DNA from: Octopus vulgaris
Taxonomy: Eukaryota
Assembly (NCBI GenBank): GCA_951406725.2
Contig: OX597831.1
Location: 61,752,001 to 61,816,000 of the forward strand
Direction: 5' to 3'
Length of the DNA: 64,000 nucleotides
The notes beneath the pieces are model-generated. The model saw only the letters and a program-made list of their open reading frames with translations, searched no databases and was not told the DNA's origin. This document shows, piece after piece, positions 53,005 through 64,000 of the stretch; within the stretch, counting starts at the first letter, position 1; each line of letters starts with the position of its first letter. The translations under genes were made by a program, and so were the position numbers.

Positions 53005-53478
53005 ACTTTGATAGTTTTCGGCCAGTATAGGCCTAGGCCATGTCTAACTTAATAGCACGACTTGGACAGGTCTTTTAGTCATATATGGGGCACCATAGCC
53101 CAATCTAGCAAAGAGTTTCTGTTGTTGGAGACATATCCGGGTGTAGTAGGGTGGTCCAGTATTTTTTGAAGAAATTTGTCAGAGAACTTTTGAATTTTAT
53201 GGGATGCGTTTCTGTTTTGACGTATTTTGGTATGGTATTAAAGAGAGCTGGATCGATTGAGGTAAAGTAATTGTGACGTAGTGTTGCTATATGTCCTGAG
53301 TTCGATTTTGTAGTGGGCTGATAGCACGAGTCCAACAGTTGGATAGATTTTAAAATCGATGCCAACATCATTTGTGCAATATTGATGGAATATTTCTCAC
53401 ATCACACAAATGCTGTAGCGCACCAGGCGGCGTTGGAGAGAGTAGAGATTGAAGGTTTTTTAGTCGACCCCAATAGTC
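53005..53478 (-). mobile_element. CR1-group LINE 3' fragment
   Basis: YWGRLK..LYSLQRR..RY, PALFNTIP, FKSSL-DKFLQKILDHP..NSLLDW. Confidence 0.8.
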
Positions 53479-53654
53479 AATATATATATGTATATGTGTG
53501 TGTGTGCAGAAGGTTGAAAGGAAGATACGAATTGATATGTATAAGAAAAATATGACGAGGTAGAAAATGCTAAGATAATTTTTATCATGAAGAACCTTTT
53601 AGATGTTCTTCATGATAAAATTATTTTAGCATTTTGTACTTTGTCTTATTTTCC

Positions 53655-53738
<84 letters not shown>

Positions 53739-53745
53739 GTATATA

Positions 53746-54637
53746 TCTACTACATACGTGGGAAATTCTGTCTGTGGGTGTGTTTGTGGATTTGTTAGGT
53801 AACTCCTCCTACATCGTTTTATCGATTTTGATGAAACTTGACTCATGTCTAGAAACATCATGGCATACTCAGATTGTTGTACAAATCGGTAATAGGCTCT
53901 CTAGAAGGGATCCTTATATATTTAATATATTATATTTTAAAAGCTAAGGGAAATAACCCATTCATCCCTGGAAGTGATCCTGATTTATAGCCATGGGAAA
54001 TGATCTATTAATTTTCCTAAGTTATTTGGTATAATCAAACTGAATATGCTTATTTTTTTTAGTATTTGAACTGTGAGAGTTATTTTCGCAATTTATTCAG
54101 TATAACCCCTAAACAAATAAATACTATTTTCTGAAGCAATAGATCCACTTATTTCGGTTAGTGACTTATTCACGTATATACCAACACTAGCGTTCTTGAG
54201 GGTAATATTCTCTGGGAATGTACAAAAGTCCTTTTCAGAGTTATTTACTTTGAATTATTATCTCATATATGTTTAGCTTGTTATTACGTAACATGCTTCA
54301 CGATTTTAATATTAGTATTTCTTATTAGTATTTCTTCCTATGTTCTATATGCCCTTAAAAAGCATTAAAGCCCTTTTCGGGGCTACTTTATTTGAATTCT
54401 TACTATCGGGCAACTAATTTCATGTTATTACATAACTGATTTCACATTTTGGTTATTCATAACTTATTGGGAATTCCTAAAAACAAGATACTGTTTAAGA
54501 CTGTTCGGTATTCTCTGTAAATGCACAAAAACCGTTTTAATGGCTACATACTTTGTATTGTTGTTATTGGATCAGTGAAACAATTATGAGAACAGAACCA
54601 AGAGATAAGCCCCGCTTTCCCGGGAATACGTCAGCTA

Positions 54638-54638
<1 letters not shown>
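53746..54638 (+). mobile_element. Non-autonomous Helitron-like element
   Basis: A|TCTACTA start; cccg-N6-cggg hairpin (54611-24) then CTAG. Confidence 0.55.
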
Positions 54639-54711
<73 letters not shown>

Positions 54712-55299
54712 ATAAATATATATATATATATATACATACATACATATATACATACCTACCTACGTACAAATATATTCATAAACACGCATACGCCTCGCCA
54801 CATGTATATCTATGCATATTAATCGATTTTACTCTGCAAATTTTATGGAGCCCCTCACCTAGAAAGCTGTCGAGTCTCCCTAAAAATTGGTAAACATCTC
54901 GAGATGCAGTTCGCAGAATTATGACTCAGAATTGAAATGGTCATTCACACAGAATCAATACACGTACAAATTCTATAAAAGGCCATTTAATATCCAATCG
55001 TTGTTTACAAGAAGTGGATGAAAAGGTTTTTTCAGTTAGAATAAGATTCATGCCGTTTACCTACATTTCAGTGCGACCAACATTTGTTGAGATAAAATAT
55101 GTTGCTATCTAGAAAAATTCTCCATTGGAAATACACCGTAAATTTCACCAAAAATAGCAGTTAGTAGCAGTTAAAAATACAAAAATCAAGAATCATGACC
55201 AAAACGAAAACGGTGACATTAGTCAGAGATGTGGTAACCACTTACAAATAAATAGCGATGGATTCAGACAGCTAAAACCACAGTTCACAGCATGATTTA

Positions 55300-57600
55300 A
55301 AGTGAAGTCGCTAAAAGAAAGAAAACTTGTGCCATGAGTCGATAGAAAACCTTCTGACTTCATGGCACCAACAATCAATCAAATTGCTAAAGAACAAATT
55401 GCGCCAATTGATGCTCCCAGCGTTTGGAGATTGGTGGTGGAAAACAGATGGGAATCAGGGAAATCGATCAAAATGATAGCACAAAACAATACATCATTTC
55501 TTTCTCCTCTTTTCCCTATGTCTTTCACCAAAATGACTGACAACGAAAAACATTGGATAGCTTGATGCTATCATTGGATAGAAAGTGAATTATGAATTCA
55601 CGAACTACCAACTTCGACTTCGCTAGAGTTGATCTAAAATCTAGGTGAGCTGTCTATGAAAGACGAGAGAAAATAATAGCCCTTAGACACGAACTACGAG
55701 ACGTGAATAGAATATTACTATAAATTAGCGCTATCAATTGTAAGGTTGCATTTTGTTCACAGACGGCGAAATGACTGTTTGTTTCAGCTTTCTGATGTCA
55801 AATCTCACCGAGTTTACTGTTCTCTTTCATACTACCAAGGTCGATAAAATAAAATACTAGATAGGCTTACCGTTTAAAGAAAACCGTTTTATTCCCTCAC
55901 CAACATTATATGACTTAAAAAATAAAGTGTTATGGGCGCTGGATTTTACTTGTGATTAAGCTGAAAAAAGAATCTTGTAAATACTCTTCCTCGGTTTCTA
56001 TGGAGTGGAGTGTAAATAAGCAGTGCAATCACCATGCTGCATGCTTAAATGAGCCACAGAATAACGACTGTGTAAATGTCTCATCTAAAAGATTCAACCT
56101 CTGTTAATAGCTGTTCATTTTTGCAAGTATGTCGCCCAACAAATAATGTAATGACGATGAGTGGACAGGAAGAAGGAAAAGAGTTTGGGGCTCTTCACAG
56201 AGCTTTGTTCATCAACAAGGTTATCCTTATGAAAATGAGGTTACAAGGCCAAAACTCTACCGACGGTCTGGCTAAACTATAAGAAACTACTTTACTCTGC
56301 TCCTTACTCGCAGACGCAAAAGCCATTCGAACTTGCGAAGATTCCCTCTGTTAAGAATGTTAAGACTGGCTTTAATATGGCCTATATAAGAACAGAAACA
56401 AATGTTATCATCATAAATGTTTAAATTATCCACGAAACTATTCCAGGTGGATAACTTATCTATAGTGCTATAAGTACTGTAGAGAACACTTTGTACTTAC
56501 TTGTACTTGTGGCGACATTCACCCTGGGCGGGTTGAGTCGGCTTCTTCTACCACCCTCGAGGCATTGTATTCGCCATTGAGAATTCATGGAAGAAGTTTC
56601 GTGGGAATATGTGGATTTGACAAGCGGTCCCCAACAATCCCGCATGCAGAGACATCCTGTTTGACGCAGATTGTCCGCAGACGCAGGGGCAGAGCGACCG
56701 AGGAGCCGCCGGTTGCCGAAACAGACACTCCGAGGATTTTCACCAGAGCCCCGTCTGCCGGGTTGTGGCCCTAATACCACTCGGTGTCAGACCAATCCGC
56801 CTTGGGTGGCCCTACCAGGAACCGAAGCTCCCGACAGTATAGTTCTGACACCCTGCTACAATATGTAGAGGAGTTTAAAATAAATGTCACGCACAGATAT
56901 TTTCCTGATAACCAATAACCCTATTGAAGAAATATTTGTGAAATCAGGAAACTGTTACAACTAGTGCTCACGGCCTCATGAGACAAGAATGAAGTCAAGT
57001 TAAGAAAAACGTTCATGTTTGGAAGTCAATTTAGAAAATTTTGTTGACACAGCAAATAATATAGTTACAAATGGCCTGCTTATTTCTTCTATCGACAGTG
57101 ATGAAAGCACCATGAGTTACAAGACAAAACTTACTGAGGAAGTTGCTATAACTGACTAAAACACCAGAAAGGGATGCCGAAATCCGATGACTTCATGTCG
57201 TTAAAAGAAAGATAAAAATAAAAAAAGTTTAGATCAGTAAATGATTTATTTTCTATTGTAAGTAGAGAAATATCTTTTGCTCGACAACATAACGTAATTT
57301 TGTACACCGGAAGCAAAAACATTACAAGATATTTATGCCAAGAATTTATTATCATTCCACATATTACGTTTATTTAAATACAATATCTGCTCTGGTGTTA
57401 TCAAAAAAACTAACGGAAATATTTTATCGGTTATATGAATTGGTCAAAACTTTCTCAGACAAGATTTAACCAATCTTGCACCACTTCCCGAATAAACGAC
57501 TTCAGTAAGAGACATCTTATCTTGCCAGTAAATTGGCTGTCACAGAGAGCAATTGTTATTCCAACTACTATGATGTTAGTCGATATTATGAAAACATCAA
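55300..57600 (+). mobile_element. Very decayed Helitron Rep/helicase-like remnants
   Basis: Ordered weak motifs APTINQIA, PLFP, NYFTLLLT..NLR, FGSQFRK, NWLSQRAIVIP (cf. WLxERAILxP). Confidence 0.35.
56490..56860 (-). mobile_element. Non-autonomous bipartite RTE-derived element, second copy
   Basis: Matches 547-875; 3' part matches 39512-39588. Confidence 0.85.
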
Positions 57601-58089
57601 ATACAAGCCAAAAGCTGCTGGAGATGAGAACATTAAAAATGTAAACAAACCACCGTCATCATCGCTATCACTTAACTCCGATATATCTTCCTATGACAAA
57701 GATGATTTTAAAATATATAAAGCTTAAAACCACTTTAAAATCGTAGTTTCAAAATAATTGTTTTCAATTTCTCTAAGCTATCATTAAACAACAGACCACT
57801 TTTGACGAGAGTAAGGGAAAAAAACAACCACTTTCATGTTAAAAGTTTATTGACTTGCCGCTGGAGATCGTATGAAAATATATGTTAACACGCATATGAT
57901 AATCAATATCTTCTAGTATACAGCAGCTACCGTCATTCTGAAAGAACACCTAGGTTATACTTTTGCAATGCACGTAGTAACGAAATAAACTCGATGTAAG
58001 CAACTCAGGTTTATAGCGCAACTGGAAGAATCATCAATCTGCGCAGCAGAATTTGAACATGGAGAAGTTCTGACAATCTTTCTGTTTTC

Positions 58090-58472
58090 CTCTTCCTCCT
58101 CCTCATCCCCCTTCTCCTCCTCCTCATCATCATCATAATCATCGTCGTCATCGTCGTCATCGTCGTCGTCGTCGTCATCGTCATCGTCGCCGTTATCATT
58201 GTCGTCATCATAATCATCATCATCGTCGTCGTCATCATCGTCGTCATCATAATCATCATCATCATCATAATCGTCGTCGTCGTCATCATCATCATCCTCA
58301 TCATCATCGTCGTCGTCATCGTCGTTGTCGTCATCGTCATCGTCATCATCATCATCGTCGTCGTCATCGTCGTCGTCGTCGTCATCGTCGTCGTCGTCGT
58401 CGTCATCATCATCATCATCATCCTCTCTCACACACACACACTCTCTCTCTGTCTCTCTCTCTCTCTCTCTCT
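58090..58472. repeat. (TCC)/(ATC/GTC)n plus dinucleotide microsatellite
   Basis: Direct; source of the poly-D ORF. Confidence 0.95.
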
Positions 58473-59046
58473 GCAAAGTGGTAGAGACAAACAGAGTATG
58501 GTAAAAGCGCATTAAAAGGGACATAAATAGAAAGAGAAGAAAAAGAAATGATCGCGTTGAAGCCGGTTGCTTGAAAGAACGGATTCCGAAGGCGCTACTA
58601 GTCCCAGCTTAATGCAACATTAAGTGTATGTAGATTTCTTTCTTTAGCTAAATCGTACAATATCGAGAACGGTTTAGATTTCCTTCCACAGCAACATTAA
58701 ATAACATTCCCACATTCATCTCTAAATTGCATATTTAGAGGGATGTGAAGAACCACCAGACAACTAGCTATCTACACATGTCTAATGATGTAGGCATAAA
58801 TATGATAAATTGATTAGGAGAAGAAACAAATACATTGATTCACCGTTGTTGCGAACACCTTTTTGGGTGATACGTAAGAAATTTCATAGTGGATTAAATT
58901 ATGATCATATCGTGTAGCTTTCACATCCAGAAACGTATCTCGTTATACTTCAATTAATCAATTATCGATTTTCATGACGCTCGCAATCTTTCACTGGAAA
59001 TCAAACTACTTCTGAAAAGGAAGCTGTTTATTTTTTTGTCAGTTAG

Positions 59047-59453
59047 TTACTCTTTACTCTTTTACTTGTTTCAGTCATATGACTGCGGCCATGGTGGAGC
59101 ATCGCCTTTAGTCGAGCAACTCAACCCCGGGACTTATTCTTTTGTAAGCCCAGTACTTATTCTATCGGTCTCTTCTGCCGAACCGCTAAGCAACGGGGAC
59201 ATAAACACACCAGCATCGATTGTCAAGCAATGCTAGGGGGACAAACACAGACACACAAACACACACACACATATATATATACATATATACGACGGGCTTA
59301 TTTCAGTTTCCGTCTACCAAATCCACTCACAAGACTTTGGTCGGCCCGAGGCTATAGTAGAAGACACTTGCCCAAGGTGCCACGCAGTGGGACTGAACCC
59401 GGAACCGTATGGTTGGTAAACAAGCTACTTACCACACAGCCACTCCTGCGCCT
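59047..59453 (-). mobile_element. SINE family A
   Basis: Full-length match. Confidence 0.9.
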
Positions 59454-59778
59454 ATTAGCGAATTAGTATTTAAAAAAAAATTACCCATTTTAAAATGCCT
59501 TTGTTACATGTTATAGTTTTTGCTGAATAAAATTTGTTGTATAAAAGCCGCAATAATTATGCACCAAGCCAATGTAACCAATTTTATCACAGATAAATTT
59601 CAACAACAAAAAAATTTAGACCCCCAAGAGTCATGGTGAGACAGACAGACAGTTGAGAACCACTTGTGTAATACGTTCACAAGAATATAACATGCGTAAT
59701 TTTCAGTCGCTTCTTGAGGGTTTAAAGTCTCACTGTCATTTTTTTCTTACATATTTTGCGTCACACTCTTGAAATTCA

Positions 59779-59851
<73 letters not shown>

Positions 59852-60092
59852 CCTATCTGTCGTTATTTCTCTGTCTTTCTCACTCTCACGTTCTGTTATC
59901 TCTCTTTATTGTAAATACATATAGATAATTATTTATGTTTAAACACACATTCAAAAAGTAACTAATATTCAGTATGAGGTCCAGAAAAAGTATTTCTAAT
60001 AAAGAAATTACAATTATATGTCATTAATACGCCTTTCTCTATTTCTCTGTCGGTTTGTCTGTCTGTCTCTCTCCCTCCCACTCTCTCTCTCT

Positions 60093-60161
<69 letters not shown>

Positions 60162-60764
60162 TATATACACCACACACTAACACTAACACATATACATGCA
60201 TACCCAAATAATATACATTCATGTATTCATTTTTTGTAACGATATCCTGTTTCTGTTGTGTTCATTAACTAGAGTATGGTAGCAGTTCGATAAATAAAGC
60301 TTAAAAGTATAAGTCCAGGCTGAAATATGATCTGGGGGTCAATATAATCGACTGGGCTTTTCAATGTACTTCTTAACAATTAGAGCCGTCCAATAAAAAA
60401 AAACAGACAAAAAGTAGAGTATAATATACATAAATTGCTTGCCATTTATACAAAACTGTACAATAATAAATAGATAGCCTTACGTCCTGCATTCATTAAT
60501 AAATAAAGAAGATATTAGATGGATGAAAGAGAGAAAGGAGAATTCGTGGAGAGGAGCAATGAGAGTTAAGAAAGACAAAAAAAGAGATATATGAACTTCT
60601 ACATGGTTGCTCGTTCTACAAGAAATAGCTTCAAAATATACCTCAAAATATATCCAACCATCTTAAAAAAGTTGGGTAACGGAATTACGGGTACACTACT
60701 GGAAAAAGATAAGTGGATGTTCATAGCTCATCAGAGTAGCTACAGAGATATACAGCAGCAACAG

Positions 60765-61147
60765 TGGAGGCGCAATAGCCCAATGGTTAGGGCAGTGGAC
60801 TCGCGGTCGGAGGATCGTGGTTTCGATTCCCAGAATGAGTGTTGTGTGTGTTTATTGAGCGGAAACACCTAAAGCTCCACGAGGCTCAGGCAGGGGTTGG
60901 TGGCGACCCCTGTTGTACTCTTTCGCTCCAACTTTCTCTCACTCGTTCTTCTTGTTTTTTTATCCCCGACTTCCTACGCAACCGCTGAACCTGGGTGCGC
61001 ATTCATCCATCCGTCGATGCTCTCAGTGTCGGGAGTTGACCTGCTTTCTCTTCTGCGGGTCTTACGAATAGCAAAGGACCACGCTTCGGACTTCTCCCAG
61101 GACGAAGACCACTTCGCTCACAAAACAAACAAACAAACAAACAAACA
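60765..61147 (+). mobile_element. tRNA-derived SINE, distinct family D
   Basis: A-box TAGCCCAATGG, B-box-like TTCGATTCCC, tRNA-like head, (CAAA)n tail. Confidence 0.75.
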
Positions 61148-62164
61148 GCAGCAACAATAACACACAACAAGAACTGTTTGGATAAATTTGAGTGGTGTAA
61201 ATCATGCACGTTTATACAAGAATTTCAAAAACTTTTAATTTAAATAACCTTCGTCTAGTTTGACAACAGCTTCAATCCTTTAATGATGTGGACTTTATTG
61301 GTAAGGAAAGGCCTGGACAATAGGAATAAAGAACACCTGTACTACGAATTTCTGATACCGACATTTTGGCTTTGAAGAATGGTACATTCTAAACAATGAT
61401 TGTCATAATATGTCAGAACAGTGGTCAAGACAATCCCAACATTAACCACCCTGTCTCTTCTTCGAGGTTACTTAATCTAATTTTTTGTCTGTGATTTGAG
61501 GGCGATGTTGCTGTTATTTCAATGATATGGCAGTCCCCTTATTGATTTTATATAGATTTTTTTTCTTTAAGTATCTACTCTCTGAAAAGGCGCCAGGACG
61601 TATGAAATTGAGGTAGTTAATCCATACTGTTCATTTTCAACTTTATTGTTTGTTCACTGTAGCATTATGGCTTCATATGCCCTCAACATTTAGATGATGC
61701 TGTTATTCTATAGACAACTTGACTCTGACCAAAAAGATCTATGATTAAAATCATCCCTGCCATAACATTCCAGCCTGTTTTTTTTATTGAAATATTGTTT
61801 TTCATTAAAAAACCAAACAATCCTATTTTTTTAAAAAAAGATAACCGAATGAACGCAGATGGAAATTTCGGTACAATTTCTCACTTAATGAACAACATTT
61901 TGAAAGTTTGATACTAATATAAGGGTTTTGCCAATAGTAGTGTATTTAGATGGTATCTTTCTAGATTTAGCAGATACTTCAGCTTTCCATGAACTTAATA
62001 ACTTCATATTTCTAGGAGAGAAAAGTATTATAACCAAATCGATACATCATAGAACTTCTAGTTCATATTGATACATATTTCAGAGTTCATCTTAATTCTA
62101 TATTATGTATTACACCTATTTGTAAGCACACCTTTTTAATGAATCGCTTGGAGATACTATTTTT

Positions 62165-62540
62165 TATCTTTTACTTGTTTCAGTCATTTGACTGCAGCCA
62201 TTCTGGGGCATCGCTTTGAAGAAATTTTATTCGAATGAATCGACCATAGTACTTTTTTTCTGTTTTATTAAATCCTGGTACTTACTCTATCGGTTAATTT
62301 TGCCGAACCGCAAAGATACGTGGATGTAAACACAACAACATCGGTTATCAAGTGGCGGTGGAATACACATACACACATATGACGGGCTTCTTTCAGTTTC
62401 CGTCTACCAAATCCCCATACAAGGCTATGGTCGGCCCGAGGCTATAGTTGAAAACACTTGCCCAAGTTGTCACGCATTGTGACTGAACCGAGAATTCTGT
62501 GGTTAGGAAGCCAACATTTCATCAAACAGCCACGCCTGCA
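62165..62540 (-). mobile_element. SINE family A, divergent
   Basis: Match to the family. Confidence 0.8.
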
Positions 62541-62989
62541 TCTATGTTTATGTTGTATATTTTTGTGGTAGACCTACTATCAAACATTTTAGAGATCGAA
62601 AAATATTCTCATGAAAAATATGAGTAATTATAAGTTACTCCCCACTGCAAAGATAATATTTGATCGTAAAACATTCATTATGCATTTGCAAACATAAAAC
62701 GGCGCTTGTCATATTGTCTTCGAGTAAATTTCCAAATCGAGCTTCGTGGTTCAAAAAACTTGCCTGAGAAAAAGTATCACAGCTACTGCCGTTCCACGTT
62801 CGTATAGACATTATAAATGTTATGCATACTGTAATTTAAGGCTGTTTCAGGTGTGTATATTAATTTTATTCTATTGATTGGCAGTAAAAGACAATCATAG
62901 AAGAAAAAGAGCCAATGACGTGGATATGTTGAAGAGGGACCCCAACTTGCCAGGAAGTGACTTACACACTTGGTTTCATGACCTTTCTC

Positions 62990-63312
62990 TGCGGCACACA
63001 TAGAATGAGACATGCTGGATCCAGTTATGAAACTGCAAAGAACTACCGCTGACCCGGTTATAGTTTTGAGTCGTGCATTCTGTAGTATGTCCGTCATGCG
63101 TAGCTCCTCTTCGTCTACTGGTTCAGGTGTTGAGATCTGTTGTAATTATCATCTGCTGGTTCCACCGTTGGAGTTTTGGGGGTCGGTCGCGCTTAGTCTT
63201 GGTCCTCGTCTTCAATCTTGCCGCCAAGAGTGGCCCTACCATGCGTTTAGAACTCGCGACGGCATCGCTCTCAGAATCATTGGTCCACGCAAGCTTCTCC
63301 ACTAAAACAAGG
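62990..63312 (-). mobile_element. RTE-type 5' UTR fragment of a second family
   Basis: Minus strand: ccttg..gtggagaagcttgcgtggaccaatgattctgagagcgatg...tggtagggccactcttggcgg. Confidence 0.65.
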
Positions 63313-63439
63313 AGCAGTCATCACAGGGGAATTGTTTTTCTATTATTTGTGCGTAAAACAGATATGCAATAAAGATTGCTTTACGTAAATAAAAATAAAG
63401 CAAAAACAAAAATAATACATTTATGATATCTCACGATCA

Positions 63440-63590
63440 GTAATCATATTGGTTTCAAATTTTAGCACAAGGCCAGCAATTTCAGGGAAAGACATAAGTC
63501 GATTAGATCGACCCCAGTATCGAACCGATATTTGAACTAGCATTGAACCGACTCCGGAGGGATGAAAGTCAAAATCAACTTCGACCGAAT
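63440..63590 (-). mobile_element. SINE family B fragment
   Basis: Match to the family. Confidence 0.65.
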
Positions 63591-63824
63591 GATCAGTAAT
63601 CATATTATCACTTTTTCAAGTATTCTTCAACTTGCTGCTTCTGTAAATAACAGAATGTAAATCAGGGTCAGAGTTCAATATCAGAGAAGTTACTGCTTTA
63701 GGCGCTGAATAGAAATATGCTGGAGCTGCAAGTTTTTTACTGCATCCACAGCAACCTTTGCTGTTTGTAATAACAAAAAAGAAACATGATGTTGTTTAGC
63801 ACTAATTCATCTATGAGCGGACGC

Positions 63825-63906
<82 letters not shown>

Positions 63907-63940
63907 TTATCTCTCCTCTCGCTGTACATATATACGTATG

Positions 63941-64000
<60 letters not shown>

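Noticed and set aside
57955-58524. Acidic poly-D 189-aa ORF resembling a biomineral protein
   Set aside because: Same (ATC/GTC)n microsatellite type as 1518-1865, flanked by dinucleotide repeats.
60765-60835. tRNA gene
   Set aside because: Acceptor stem incomplete and followed by a SINE body and tail; treated as a SINE head.

Overview
AT-rich, microsatellite-saturated eukaryotic DNA. The repeat families (two abundant tRNA-headed SINEs, RTE/CR1/Tx1 LINE remnants, Penelope-type tails, Helitron-like elements) look like an octopus/cephalopod genome; that assignment is recalled, not searched. There is no intact protein-coding ORF. Almost all long ORFs in the track are simple-repeat artefacts, and the only long real one (31272-32606) is part of a broken Tx1/L1-clade LINE inserted in a (TATC)n array. 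Reading across frames on the minus strand gives a heavily decayed GH18 chitinase-like pseudogene (about 85-4100). There are decayed Merlin, mariner, Chapaev3-like, pogo/Tigger and Helitron coding remnants and a 5S rRNA-derived fragment. The most interesting signals are RNA-structural: six minimal hammerhead-like motifs, several next to long fold-back palindromes; one element joining a tRNA-derived Pol III head to a hammerhead-bearing tail; and a structured motif shared by the 5' ends of two different RTE families. There is also a 330-bp local inverted duplication inside a Helitron-like element, and an apparent CpG-decay domain (about 15-27 kb) that may mark a methylated gene body. All alignments and folds were done by eye.
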